A DNA stretch of 63,574 nt, the filler included, from Lenisia limosa (Eukaryota; Protista; Breviatea): NCBI GenBank assembly GCA_001655205.1. It is 10 parts of 10 records of this genome, joined end to end, with 100 filler letters (N's around TTAATTAATTAA, not from the genome) between each part and the next. Parts side by side here need not be neighbours in the genome. Positions count along the whole stretch, not along the records: positions 1 to 24,100 come from LPNZ01003357.1; positions 24,201 to 32,902 come from LPNZ01002100.1; 8 more parts are not named here. One strand, 5' to 3'. The notes under the pieces are model-generated. The model did no database searches. It had not been told where the DNA came from and saw only the letters and a list, made by a program, of their open reading frames with translations. A program made the translations under genes and the position numbers. Positions 13,801 through 25,222 of the stretch are shown piece by piece. The number at the start of each line of letters is the position of its first letter. The first letter of the stretch is position 1.

Positions 13801-14312
13801 CAGGTATGAAGATGGTAAATTCAATATTATCAACCCAGTACAACCGTTGGGCAAGCAAACAACGGGGAGGGGGGCATTTTTCTCCACAACGATTCCAAAT
13901 CCTGGTTCGGTTAACGAGCAACTTGTCGATACTGGCTAAAGGCCATCAACCCACCAAGAAAGAGGATAACGCGGTACTTTTTATACGTCAATATGCCTGA
14001 AAAATAGTTGACAGAAAATACCTAAAACTGAAATGAAAATATCTCCCCCCCCCTTTTTTTTTTCTTGTTACAATTATTTTATTTTCATCTCCACCCCCTT
14101 TCTAATCTCTTTATTTTTCTTTTTATAAAATTTGATTGTTNNNNNNNNNNNNNNNNNNNNNNNNNNNNNNNNNNNNNNNNNCCAACAGAGCTGCTTTTGG
14201 GCTTTTTATATTGATAAATTTACCCCCCCCCCCAGGCCGGGTACACGAAATTGCCCGTTTGGCCGACCACTTCCGGACCGGTTTTGAGGCTCTCGAACAG
14301 GAGGATTGGTAG
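7898..14312 (+). CDS. DRC3: Dynein regulatory complex subunit 3 (LRRC48), about 17 exons
   Basis: MPSNSAYEPTEPTVIDD|ELIKDAI..., [122 protein letters not shown]...EDW*. Collinear with animal DRC3 from N- to C-terminus. One LRR exon probably lies in the 9039-9129 gap. Confidence 0.9.
8371..8544. repeat. 87-bp direct tandem duplication in a DRC3 intron
   Basis: tcatttgatacgtt(t/a)caatatgataaccg...catttctatcatttga twice with few mismatches. Confidence 0.9.
8573..8653. mobile_element. Tc1/mariner-type MITE (TA-flanked, ~24-bp TIR)
   Basis: TA-CATGGACCGTGGTAAGTCTTGACC ... GGTCAAGACTTACGACGGTCACTC-TA. Confidence 0.8.
8654..8737 (+). mobile_element. Family-2 dispersed repeat (conserved head plus one 31-bp unit)
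   Basis: gagaaataatacaatgttatatttggcggaagccgcccacaccatcacgcttataagaaattggattatagt matches the copies at 39301, 40530 and 51086. Confidence 0.75.
8749..8838. mobile_element. Tc1/mariner-type MITE
   Basis: TA-CAGTACCTGGATAAGTCCTGACC ... GGTCAACACTTATCCCGGTCAATG-TA. Confidence 0.75.
9637..9702. repeat. 33-bp tandem duplication in a DRC3 intron
   Basis: atcatataatatggtgtcaagcac(g/a)cacacatc x2. Confidence 0.9.
11560..11662. mobile_element. hAT-type MITE, full-length
   Basis: TIRs intact; flanks attctatt / gttctatt (7/8); in a DRC3 intron. Confidence 0.9.
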
Positions 14313-14505
14313 TTGCGTTTATAGGTTTTCGTGTTATGTTTTATATATTATCTTGTACTATCACCAATGGCGAACCCAGCTTCTTCAAGGATTATTCTTT
14401 TCTGTTGTACATTGTGGGATTGTTAACATGGTTTTGGATTCGAGGTGCGGGGGGGGGGAGGTCGTTCTATTTGGGTACTTTGATCCAAGGAGAACCACTT
14501 ATGAT

Positions 14506-14599
14506 TAGGGCTTCACGGTCCGAAAAAGAGTCAAATATCGATATTTTTCGAGTATTTATCGAGAAATTCAGTCTATTATGGGACCGTAGGGAATCCCTA
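14506..14599. mobile_element. hAT-type MITE (subfamily B-like ends)
   Basis: TAGGGCTTCACGGTCCG...GGACCGTAGGGAATCCCTA; perfect 8-bp TSD cttatgat. Confidence 0.92.
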
Positions 14600-14637
14600 C
14601 TTATGATAAATCCAATATTATTGATCCATAGCAAGGT

Positions 14638-17317
14638 CTATTCAGACACGACTTCAATGTCCCCAAGCAAAATGCCGTAAAAGATCTGATCATGGCTTCT
14701 CCTGATTACATTAACAAACAAAGATCGAACGTACAAAAATGTACAATATGAATATGACATCCCACGAACCTGATATAGTAACCAGTGTGTTTTGGGAAGG
14801 ATAATGTCTTCAGTGCTAATAGCTGGAATATAAGATTCGTCATTATAAGACCAAACTTAACTCGTCAACAAATATGAACTCTACCTTTCCCACCCCCCAC
14901 CGTCCAAACTCCATAAAAAGGGTACAGACGGCGGAAGAATCCGGATCGACATGGGAAAGCCAACTCAGCCACGTCAACCGGTCGAAGGGCGAAGATTTCA
15001 GGTGATTTCATTCCATCAGGCGTCTGGAGATGGTAATGAAAAAGTCAATGTAGTAGAAGGTATTCCCATAGCACATTATTATCTTGCTCTCAGAAAAAAA
15101 GTATAGAGTAGCGCTTTTAAAAAAACTTACCAATCTCTTTGATCATTAAATATTGTTACACCTGAAGATGTAATACTTATTCCCTACCTGAGAACTGGAT
15201 ACGACCGTGTCATTCATCAGAAGCGTTCGTGTTTCATCATTGGTGTCAGCCTGGGAGGTTAAGAAGGATAACCAAAAAGACGGGCTAAATATTGAAATAT
15301 CTCTTTTATATCTGAATTGAAGCTGAAATTATTGCACAATTCATAATATCACATCCTGGTGAACTGAAAGAGTAATAGGTGAAAAAGAGGCAGTGTGTAG
15401 GTTGTTCTGATTTTGGAATTATTTGTAGTGGAGAGTAGTGTTCACAATGCTGTGCTTCGAAGTTAATCTTTAAATTTAACAAAGAAAAACCCACAAACCG
15501 TCTCAATTGAAGCAATGTGTATTTCGGTTTGCCCTGTTTCCTGAAAGGTAAACAACTTTCCATGTTACCTAATCAAGTAAGGGTTTTAAACATAAAGTCT
15601 AGTCAAATCAACTTGTTCAGATTCCTAATTATCAAAGCTTTAGTATTCGCTTTATCTAAGTTCCAAATAAAATTGGAATACACAATAGCACCACAAACTA
15701 AGTGTAAAGAGTTTTGTTTTTGGATTGTTCGTGTGATAGATTGGGTCTTGAGCGAAAGCTAAAGAAATAAGGTGCAAACAAAAGTAATACTTTTTTATTA
15801 ATTTTAAATTCGCAAGGAATGATAGTGCCTGTGATTGTTGTCAAATATATTCTGCAAAATGTCATTTCAATTATAACTTATCCTTCTTATTCCCAAAAGC
15901 GAATCCATATATAAAAAAACAAATATCGATATTCATCAAGAAACTCAGTCTATTTTCGAATCGAAGTGAAACTTACGAGCAACCCAACACAAACGTCCCA
16001 TGTCCACTGGATATAGAATAGTCAGACTTTTGGGTGGGCTTAACTCAAGTTTATAAGGGTCCCTTACAATCAGATTTTTATGTGAAACATGTAAACAGGA
16101 TAAATCTTGACCGATTTGCTATGTAATTTATCAAGGAAAAGAGGTCAAAACTTACCATGGTCACTGTATATAGACGAAATCAATTGAATGCGACTGACCA
16201 AAGAGTGAATAAGCTCAAAAGGTGGGAAGATAAATTTGCACCCACGGTCTTTTTTGAGAGTTTTGCTCTCCAGAAGGCCCAAAGACCAAGAAACTTAGTC
16301 ACGATGAGTGCCAGTACCAGGGCGATGCACAGAGCACCGACACGCTTCATGGTGCACGAGACACATACCTGCGTGTGAGAGGGGCATGTTAACTGTTATT
16401 ATTACAAAGAGCATGAACAAACTAAACAATGTTATTTTTAGTGGAATGAAAAAAACCAACAAATAGTATCACAAAAAAGTTTGAACGCAAGTGGGGGAAG
16501 AGCAAATCAATTTGTCACAACATACACGATAAGTTTGTAAACCTGCTCAATTTAAGTTATGCAAACGATTATAGGTACTTTACACGTTTCCCCCATTAGG
16601 GTTCCACATACCTCTTCAGTGAAAAAGTTCACAGGAGTCATGAGGCACTGGGTTCCTGGAGTATTCTACACTTATTATTTACAGGAACAGATTAAAAACA
16701 GCACTCCATATTTTACAACAGTACTTCCTCCCCCAAACCCCCTTTTGGATGACGATGCCTGTTGTGTGGTTTCTCTCTTCTGGGAATTTGGTACTTGATG
16801 AAATGAGCTGATATGAGGAAAGGGAGTGTCAACCAAAAACTGTTCAAGATGGTTGCAAAGTAGGATGACTTGAGATGCGGACGACTGATCTGCGAAATGG
16901 TGATATGATAATAGGATATGTGGATGATATGATGATATGTAGTGTGATGGATGATTGGATGGCTTTAATAGAACCCCTTTAACAATAGAGGCTCCCGGGG
17001 GATTAAAAGTTGAAAATTTTTCAAAAAATGTCTCTGTTTTTCGGGTCAAAAGTCGCTTATTGAGATATTTGTTTGTAATGATATTTGATACCAAGAAAAG
17101 AAAGGAACAGAAAGCGAATGAAGCCAAAGAAAAGGGTAATAAACTGTATGTGTGGCCGCCTCTCTTCTATCTACTCCCAAATTTATGTTATATAAAGTGT
17201 TTGTAGACCATTTGATGGAGCAAATGCCACTTTGTCCTATTTTTACTTGTGATCAGATTTCAATCCCACTCTTACCATGAGGCCGCGGAGAGCTACTCCA
17301 AATCCATTGTGAGCCAT
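14638..17317 (-). CDS. Hypothetical multi-exon membrane protein; may extend to ~13500-13900 (see findings)
   Basis: Phase-compatible exons MAHNGFGVALRGLM|ISRPHLKSSYFATILNSFWLTLPFLISAHFIK..., MKRVGALCIALVLALIVTKFLGLWAFW, ADTNDETRTLL..., TPDGMKSPEIFALRP...YGVWT, IFYGILLGDIE. No family recognised. Confidence 0.45.
16086..16168. mobile_element. Tc1/mariner-type MITE
   Basis: Right end GGTCAAAACTTACCATGGTCACTG-TA; degenerate left end ...GGATAAATCTTGACC; internal gatttgctatgt shared with the 62469 copy. Confidence 0.75.
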
Positions 17318-17805
17318 CTTTATGATGCTAATAGTGGGATCTAAAATGGTTTATTGACGTTTTGCTGTGGTTCTAGGGAGAGTTTCCTGAAATTTTCAAT
17401 ATTCGAATGTTTCGGTATCTCTATATCGGGTATTCATATTTGCTTGCTTCGAGTCGAAATAAAAAACTGAGATGACAAAAAAAGATTATTCTTTGTGTAC
17501 CATATCATGGAAGCTTTTTGGTTATTTTTCAAACGGGAGGATACAGTTTGACCTTGTTTGTTGAGTATGCTGCTGTGTTTGTGTTTGGTGCTATTATTGA
17601 ACATATTCTCAAATTGGCCCCCATAAATGTTAATTTTTGTCTTGAATAGTTGCAACAGTTGCCAAGAGTGCAATATTTTTGGGTGAATATTTATAACTAT
17701 TGCTATTCTTAAATGAAAGGTTCATTGAATTCATTATTATATGGAAATCAACTATACTGAACAAGGATATCCTGTTTCCAAAGCCACACCACTTATCCAT
17801 GTTAG

Positions 17806-20161
17806 AAGCTCTTTCCAAAAGCGGTCTTCTTCACCAACCGCGCACTGTGCTACGTCCGTTTAGAGGAGTGGAAAAATGTTAAGGAAGATGCTACTGAGGC
17901 TCTCAAGCTTGATAAAGATGTATGTTGGCGAAAAACTGTAATGATATATTGCTTCAAAACCTAGGTTCTCGGTATTGAATAAAGGGGGTGGAGGTCGAAC
18001 AAGAGTAATATTTTAGTTCATTGGTGTATTATTATATCACCGTTTAGCCTTGGTGGCAAGTTTTTTTTTACTTCTTGGTTGGCATCCTGAGTTATATATT
18101 TCTAAAATAGTTTCAATCCTTTAGGGTTCATTTGATTGTAATTGATTTTCATCTTGTGTTAGTCAGGATTCTGATCTTTTCAGAACATGAAGGCGCATTA
18201 CTATTTGGGTTTAGCGCTACAGAACCTTGATCAGTGTGCGGTTATGTTATACTATAATATACTATAATATACATTGTCAATAAAAACAAATCATATTGGA
18301 ACCATATTTTGTGATGAGGAAACATTGTAGGTTGTATCTAGCCAAAGTATTATATAATTCACCCAATCATTTACCGCATTACTGATCTCCATTTTAGATT
18401 GGACGAGTCAGCTAAAGAGTTTGAAATTGCAGCCCGCACGGCACGGGATAAATCTTCCTCAAGTTTGGCATTCCAAATCATTCGCCGGCTTCGTGAAACC
18501 AACAAATTGGTGGGGGGGGGGGNNNNNNNNNNNNNNNNNNNNNNNNNNNNNNNNNNNNNNNNNNNNNNNNNNNNNNNNNNNNNNNNNNNNNNNNNNNNNN
18601 NNNNNNNNNNNNCAAATCAGTTTGAGACCCTCATGACTATTTATATGATATAGATACTGGGAGCCCTTCACTTACGGCTTCACTACCGAAAAGACTTGAA
18701 TATCAAATTTTTTCTTTATTTTAAACCGAAGTGAAACCGCAATTGTATTTCCTGCGGTATCTTGCACACTTTTTACATGTAATATGTTGCATGTATCAAT
18801 TGTAAACCGTCTTTTTTGAAACATAAAATGCAGCTCTAAATTAGGAGTATTATAAGTGTAGTAATTATGTGCTTCTCACTTTCAAGCATATTGTTTTAAC
18901 GATGGAGGCTAATACTCTAGATTTGGGAGCGAACATCGCAAAAGAAAGACCAAGACGAAATTGACGCATTGTGTCACTTCCAAACCCTCTTGAACAATGA
19001 CAATAAAAAGTAAGGGGTGCCTGCATTTCTCTTGAAGTTCAATTTTGTTTCGAAATCAAGTGCACAAAGTCCTCCTATTTTCGAAGAACGGAAGTTCAAG
19101 ATCAAAATGGTGTTTGGTTATTTGTATTTTATCCCCCCTATACAACATGTACTATATTGAACAGATTTTTATCTGTTTTCTTTTCCCTAGTATTGTTAGT
19201 CAAATATTCACCAATTCTTATTCTTTTATTTTTTAATATTGTAATTTGAAATCCTTTTTTCTATTTAATCCGCAGTAAAATTCAATCGTTAGAAGATACC
19301 GGTGGTTCGCCTCACCAAATTGAAGAGCTCAAGAGACGAAATGTGAGTAAGTCTCAATTTCAGTCTTTGTTATGGGTACTGGTTACTGGAGCAAATTATT
19401 TAGTGTGTTTGTACTATTCGCTCAAATATTTGGGATTGTTTTATGAGCTACATATCATATAGTTTATTTTTTGCAGATTTTATAGATAGGCTCTAACATT
19501 CTCCACCACATCATAATGCATTTAGAAAAAGTATGAAGATAGTCTCTTGAAAGCCTTCAACTCAATGCGAGTATCGCAGGAGAAGGAAGCGCCGAGTGAA
19601 TACCTTTGTCCGATCACTTTTGAGCTTCTCATAGGTATTTTGCACCATTAAAAGAGAGAGTACTACAGGTATCAGTGTATTTTCTCCCTCTAATTTTTCT
19701 TATACTGATGTCACCTTTTCCAGATCCGGTTGTGACCCCATCGGGTGTTACATATGAAAGAACGTCAATACTGGAGCACATAAGGGTGGGTGGGTCCTAT
19801 GTGTAGTCATATGAAATTGGCAATAGTGACGCATTGTATATGAATGACACATTCCTCTTTGATAGTAGTGGGCCTTATGTTTTGCCTTGTTGTTTTTCTG
19901 TTTTATTATTGTAGAAAAACGGACCTTTTGATCCTGTCACACGAGAACCTGTTCACGAGGTAATGTGGGCCTTTTTAGTGTGGTTTTCCTTTCTCAGTAC
20001 GTTAAGCTACTTTGATAACACCATCAAATTGAAATTTCACCTATTTTCTATTTCATAAGTATAGATTTTGTTTTTTACTTTTTTAGAGGGACTTGGTACG
20101 CAACCTTGCATTTAGAGATGTTATTGACAATTGGGTGAAAGAAAACCCGTGGGGAGCTTGA
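17806..20161 (+). CDS. STUB1: TPR + U-box E3 ubiquitin ligase CHIP; first exon not located
   Basis: AVFFTNRALCYVRLEEWKNVKEDATEALKLD|NMKAHYYLGLAL (TPR); APSEYLCPITFELLID|PVVTPSGVTYERTSILEHIR|KNGPFDPVTREPVHE|RDLVRNLAFRDVIDNWVKENPWGA* (U-box). Confidence 0.88.
18673..18741. mobile_element. hAT-type MITE, degenerate
   Basis: tacggcttcact...aaaccgaagtgaaaccgca; no clear TSD. Confidence 0.55.
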
Positions 20162-20429
20162 AAATAACAAATTTTGTTTCTTATTTCACTGTATTTAACA
20201 TGTGTTCGTGTTTCGATGTCTTCTAAATGTGTGTTATCATGGTTTATTATTTATTTATTGTATTATTATTGGTGGTTGTCTTTGGAATTATATGTAACAC
20301 CCAAATTGCCATCACCTCGAATTCATCTGTCAGAGCATTGACCGTATTGTTTTACAATGATTATATGATATTTATTGGAGTGGGCATTGCGGTTGTTTTG
20401 ATAATTAAGATTACTGGCGTTTGTTGCCA

Positions 20430-21809
20430 TCACGCTATCACAACATCAAGAACGTTGAACTTTACACAGTTCCTCTGATTTGGTCGGATCATAAGACAGG
20501 AGTATCTGGGAAGAATAATTGCGCAAATTAGTGGTTCCAATGTTCAAATATCAGTTAAATATCGATGCCAAAGACTTTACCTTGATCATATCGAAAAGCC
20601 GTTTCCAATGCTGACCTTATCGGCACACTTTGGAAAATCTCCATTTCGACAACACCCCCTATAACAGTAATGTTGAAGTATCTCCCCTTAGTCTCCTTGT
20701 AATATTGAGCAAATTGACGAAATATGGAAATAATTGTGAAATGACAAACCTGTCACTGTTTTGGAAAGGATATTATGAGCCATAGCCCATGTTATCTGGA
20801 AAGTTAAACCAAATGATATTTCATTTTAGAAGAGCAAGCTAACCTGTAAATTTGTTGTTCCGTCTGTCAAAGATACGCTCCACATTGAACCGGCCCTTTC
20901 ACACATTAGTTCTCACAATAGTCATCTATTATAAGCATTTAATAGGGTTGGACTGTCTCATTTTCAAAAAGGAATTATAAAATTTGTTCAAAATAAAATT
21001 GAACAACCAAGACAATATTTACAATATTCATGTTTATTGAGTTTATTTCCCACCCTTCTTTCATTCGTGTCTTCTTGGACTCCTTGCTAAAGTTGACCAT
21101 TTCATCATCTTCTTCTGCAGTTGTTATCCAAAATGTGTTGAACTAAATTTTGAGTATTGTTTTGAACTTGAAAATTAAAAATATATAAGAAACCAGGCTA
21201 TAAGGCGTTTCAAGGTCAAGGAGATGAAATGGAAATACAAGTAACCAACCAAATATATTGTCAGTCAAAGGGCGAGAAATGTCTCTTGAAGGAGAGGAGC
21301 AATACAAGCGGTATTTGCCAGGTGGTAAGTTCCCATTATTTGCAAAGCGTTCTTCAAACCTGAAGTGTGAGTAAATTGAGTAACAAAATAATGTATTATC
21401 TCTCTCTCTATTTTCGCATCCCAATACCAACATACAATGGTAACGGAGTTAGTTCAAGCTGATCTCTGTCACCTTCAAGCTGCCTAAACAAGTAAAGGGG
21501 ATTTTTGGTGAATACTGCAAAATACCTTTCGAATTGAATTCGGTCATTCAACGCATCATCTAAAACATTAAATCATTTAAGGTGACAAAATGTTTGGATA
21601 TACAGTCGATATATGTATACATGTATTTTTTTGTTTTGATAGAATACCCCTAATTCTATAGAAACAAGATAGTAATATTGTTTGATTTTGAAATGTAATG
21701 GGCAATTGAGATTGTCTATTTCGTACTGAGAGAGTAACTTATAAAATTTTATTATTCTGTAACACTAACCTTCGTCACTGCTTTCATCGAACAAGGCCTG
21801 TGCGTTCAT
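20430..21809 (-). CDS. Small hypothetical multi-exon protein
   Basis: Exon-like GT-AG-bounded segments MNAQALFDESSDE, FEERFANNGNLPPGKYRLYCSS, FNTFWITTAEEDDEMVNF, RFNVERIFDRRNNKFT, YSCLMIRPNQRNCVKFNVLDVVIA*; phases not fully resolved. Confidence 0.4.
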
Positions 21810-22265
21810 GTCGTATCAGTCCACGAGTAAAGTTTGACCTTGACAGACACGTCACCCGCTTGGATCTCCGGGGAATCGCTTTCGCGCTTTCGTCCAGCTT
21901 TCGGTCAATTCAAGGTCAATTCGGTGTTTTGATTAATTAATTAATAAATAAATATGCTAATATGTTGTTCTGTCAGGGTTTCTGTCAGGTTCTGCAGTCC
22001 CAGATCATAGATCACTCAGTACCTGTGGAATTTTCCCCACATTTCTTGTTTTACTGCATTAGTGCTTATACTATGTATAGTATTGTAATTTAAAGACTGC
22101 GGACTTTATTTCATTTTTAGTTACTTAACGCTCTTCGTCAATCGTCTGCCAATCGCTGCTACTACCCGTTAATGATGCTATTTGGTTGAATAAACCACTA
22201 AACCAATCGAAATGGGACCCCCCCCTCCCAAACGGGTGAGATTGAGCCCTTGCTTTTTCTTATAG

Positions 22266-24054
22266 ATACTTATTCACCCAGAAATCCCCGGAATTTGTGT
22301 ATACCAAAGAAGAAGACTCGTCAAGCGACGATGAAACCCACGACACGTCGACGGCGGTTGCTCCACCTGCATTTGTTGGCGAATCTTTTTCATCTTATCC
22401 TTTAGCAATTCCAAGAGGAGAAATTTGGGAGAGGCATGTCTTATGCAGTAAGCGGGGGTTTTCAATCCCTTTGTCAACACTGTTCACCACGTTACATACC
22501 TCAAAGGCAAACCTTAGTTTGGTCCTGCGGAACGGAAAATGCAATTTCCAGGATATGATGGCACTGGTGATTACATGATACGAACAATGGGTTAACTCTG
22601 TGTGGACACATCCAAATTTTTAGATGAGAGTTTTTTTCTTGCATTTTTCTTTGAGGGACTGATTTATGGGACTGAGCAGGCAAGCCCGTTTATTCCAGAC
22701 ATTGTGCTCTTTATATGTATATTGATCTCTAGAGAAAAGCCCCCTTGCCCTCTACAATCATATCCATCCTCTCACTCGCAGAATGCTGCTCGGTTTGCGA
22801 ATGCGCTTTACTCCCTCGTTCCTCTGGCTGTCCGAAGGAGGTTGGTTGCGGTAAAGGGGTTGACGGAGGATGTTGGTCATGTGCAGAGTCTCACTCTGAC
22901 CCGAACAAGATCAATAAAATATCGATAGTTTTTGAAGGTTTATCGAGAAATTCAGTCTTTTGGCCTTAAGTGAATCGGCTTTGAGTGGGGGTGGTACCAT
23001 GGCTTGACGTTATGTAATTTGATCATCTTTTTGTTCAACCCAGCTTGAAGAGTGGGCGAGTGTTCTAGTAAAGAGCAAGTGTGGACTATGGGGACCCTTA
23101 TTATTTTTTGAATAAAGAGCGGAATAAGAAGTTGTCGTTCCTTCTAACTTCCACAATTCGTCCAATATGTGATAATAGTGTTCTGTCATCATTGGAGAAT
23201 ATGACCATTTCAGGCATATTTCGCCATTCCTCTTAGCAAGCCTCGTTCCCCCAACCACAAACAAGTTGGGTAAAAAAGGATTCCACACCTCAGCTCAGTT
23301 CATCACCCCGGAGAGAAAACGTGAGTATTTGAGTATTATTATATCATAGTACTTTTATAATATGTCTTATGGACGACCTTGACTATCTATGAAGTATAAT
23401 GAAATAGCTGTGTACATTATATGGCGAACGATTCGATGATTTAGTAGTATACTCTATTGAGCAATATCCCGTGTATGTGTGACGCTGAACCTCGATCAGC
23501 AGACCCTTGTGTTATTTTCATTTAATGTTTCAATGGTTATTTTTCTACAGATAGTGACTGCACCCATAGCCCACACTTCAAATAGCCATTCAAATTTCCA
23601 GACGCATCCACGTTGTTCATACTACGCTTTCACACTCCATTTTTTTTACACTTTTAGGCACACGGAGTCGGACGTTATCCACTACGTCTTCCCCTCTCGC
23701 ACAGGTGGGGTCTTTACATTGCTTTTGCTATCTAGAGATAAACTTACCAGATCATTATAGTTCATTTCAAAAGAATGTATCCATAGTATCGAATGTATCC
23801 ATAGTATCGAATATATATATGATATTATACAGATAGCATGGATTACATCTGCTGTCTGTGTGTGTGTGTGTCGTATCAGTATATGAGTAGCATTATTTAC
23901 CATTGCAGCCACCAGGCTCATTAGGGCCTCGGCGGCAGTCTTTTGGTGGCCATGATGGCACAGACTCAGATACCGGGTCGTCTTCCTCGTTTGTGCCAGG
24001 AAAATGTGGGAAGAGTGGAAAATGCAAAGCTCGGAGCAGTTTTGACTCTCATTT
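22266..24054 (+). CDS. Hypothetical multi-exon protein, truncated by the scaffold end
   Basis: Exons YLFTQKSPEFVYTKEEDSSSDDE...WERHVLC, NAARFANALYSLVPLAVRRRLVA, LEEWASVL, QASFPQPQ...RREN, PPGSLGPRRQSFGG... Confidence 0.45.
22884..22980. mobile_element. hAT-type MITE, degenerate
   Basis: Conserved core taaaatatcgatagttttt...tttatcgagaaattcagtctttt with decayed ends. Confidence 0.7.
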
Positions 24055-24100
24055 GTGTAAACCCTCGTTGTCATATCTTTTGGAAACACTTTGTTTTCTT

Positions 24101-24200
24101 NNNNNNNNNNNNNNNNNNNNNNNNNNNNNNNNNNNNNNNNNNNNTTAATTAATTAANNNNNNNNNNNNNNNNNNNNNNNNNNNNNNNNNNNNNNNNNNNN
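24101..24200. other. Artificial scaffold linker (44 N + TTAATTAATTAA + 44 N)
   Basis: Identical 12-mer cores at 24145, 32947, 36873, 39028, 47579, 55152, 58014, 59951 and 62372; the palindrome gives a stop in all six frames. Confidence 0.97.
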
Positions 24201-25222
24201 ATATATGATAAATTTAGATGATATATGTCCCGTCTAGCATGGTCACAAAAATATTCGGATACCATCTCCTATCACCAACTGTCTGTTTTGTGATGAGAGC
24301 AGCCGACGAGAAGACTGCTCACAAACTTTTAACTACACTACCCATATAATAATAACTAATAGGGTTGTGGCGATATGCACTTATTTCTTATTCACTCACC
24401 ACATACATATATGGTATGTTGTTATTTCAACCAACAGCCTCCTTTCTACTGCTCAATAACTCAATAACTTCAACTTACTTTTCTTCTTCTAATTGCTTTA
24501 CTACTTACTCTCACCAAACCCACCACCCCACCACAACTTGCAAATAATACGTAACCGCGGCCCGCGGCACGGTACAGTAAATTGCCACGCAACACTTACG
24601 CACACGCACAGCACACATTTTTAAGGTGGATGGATAACATTTTTATAACTCCTGTCCACTTTTTCAGCATGTCCAACTTCAAAATTTGAAATGAATTTTC
24701 CAATTAATTGCACGGAGCCCAAGCGAAAAACAATTCACTATGTCCCGAACCACTGTTAGTGTGATTACAATGTCAATTTATATTATTGGTTTGGGAACCC
24801 CTTTGCAGTAAATTTAATTGCACTTTTGTTTTTGTTAGATCTAGGGGTATAATAAAGGTATATGAATATAACTTTTACTTCAAAACCATGTAATTGGTTT
24901 GCATTTGTCGACAACGTCTATGACCAAAGAAAGTAACAGAAAGAAAAGGCTAAATATATCCTTCAATAGACTCTACAATTCCGGATTTATGGGATTTACA
25001 CCAACTTTACACTTGACAAAAAGGGCGGTTTGAATTATTTTTAGATATTATCATATACTAATTGGTAAAAAAACAGTCCATATTAAATGACTTGCAACAG
25101 GACACTATCCTAACCAATAACAGACAATACAACACAACACATTACAAGTCATAGTCTCCTAACCAATAACACATAATATTAAACAATACATTATAAGTCA
25201 TAGTCCACCCAAAGGGCCTTCA

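Noticed and set aside
14600-14680. In-frame TAG in IFYGILLGDIEVVSE*TLLWINNIGFII as evidence for stop-codon reassignment or readthrough
   Set aside because: DRC3 ends at TAG and other genes end at TAA or TGA at the expected positions. A true stop or an upstream donor explains it more simply.
24145-24156. TTAATTAATTAA as a biological motif
   Set aside because: It is always centred in exactly 44+44 N, so it is a six-frame-stop assembly linker.
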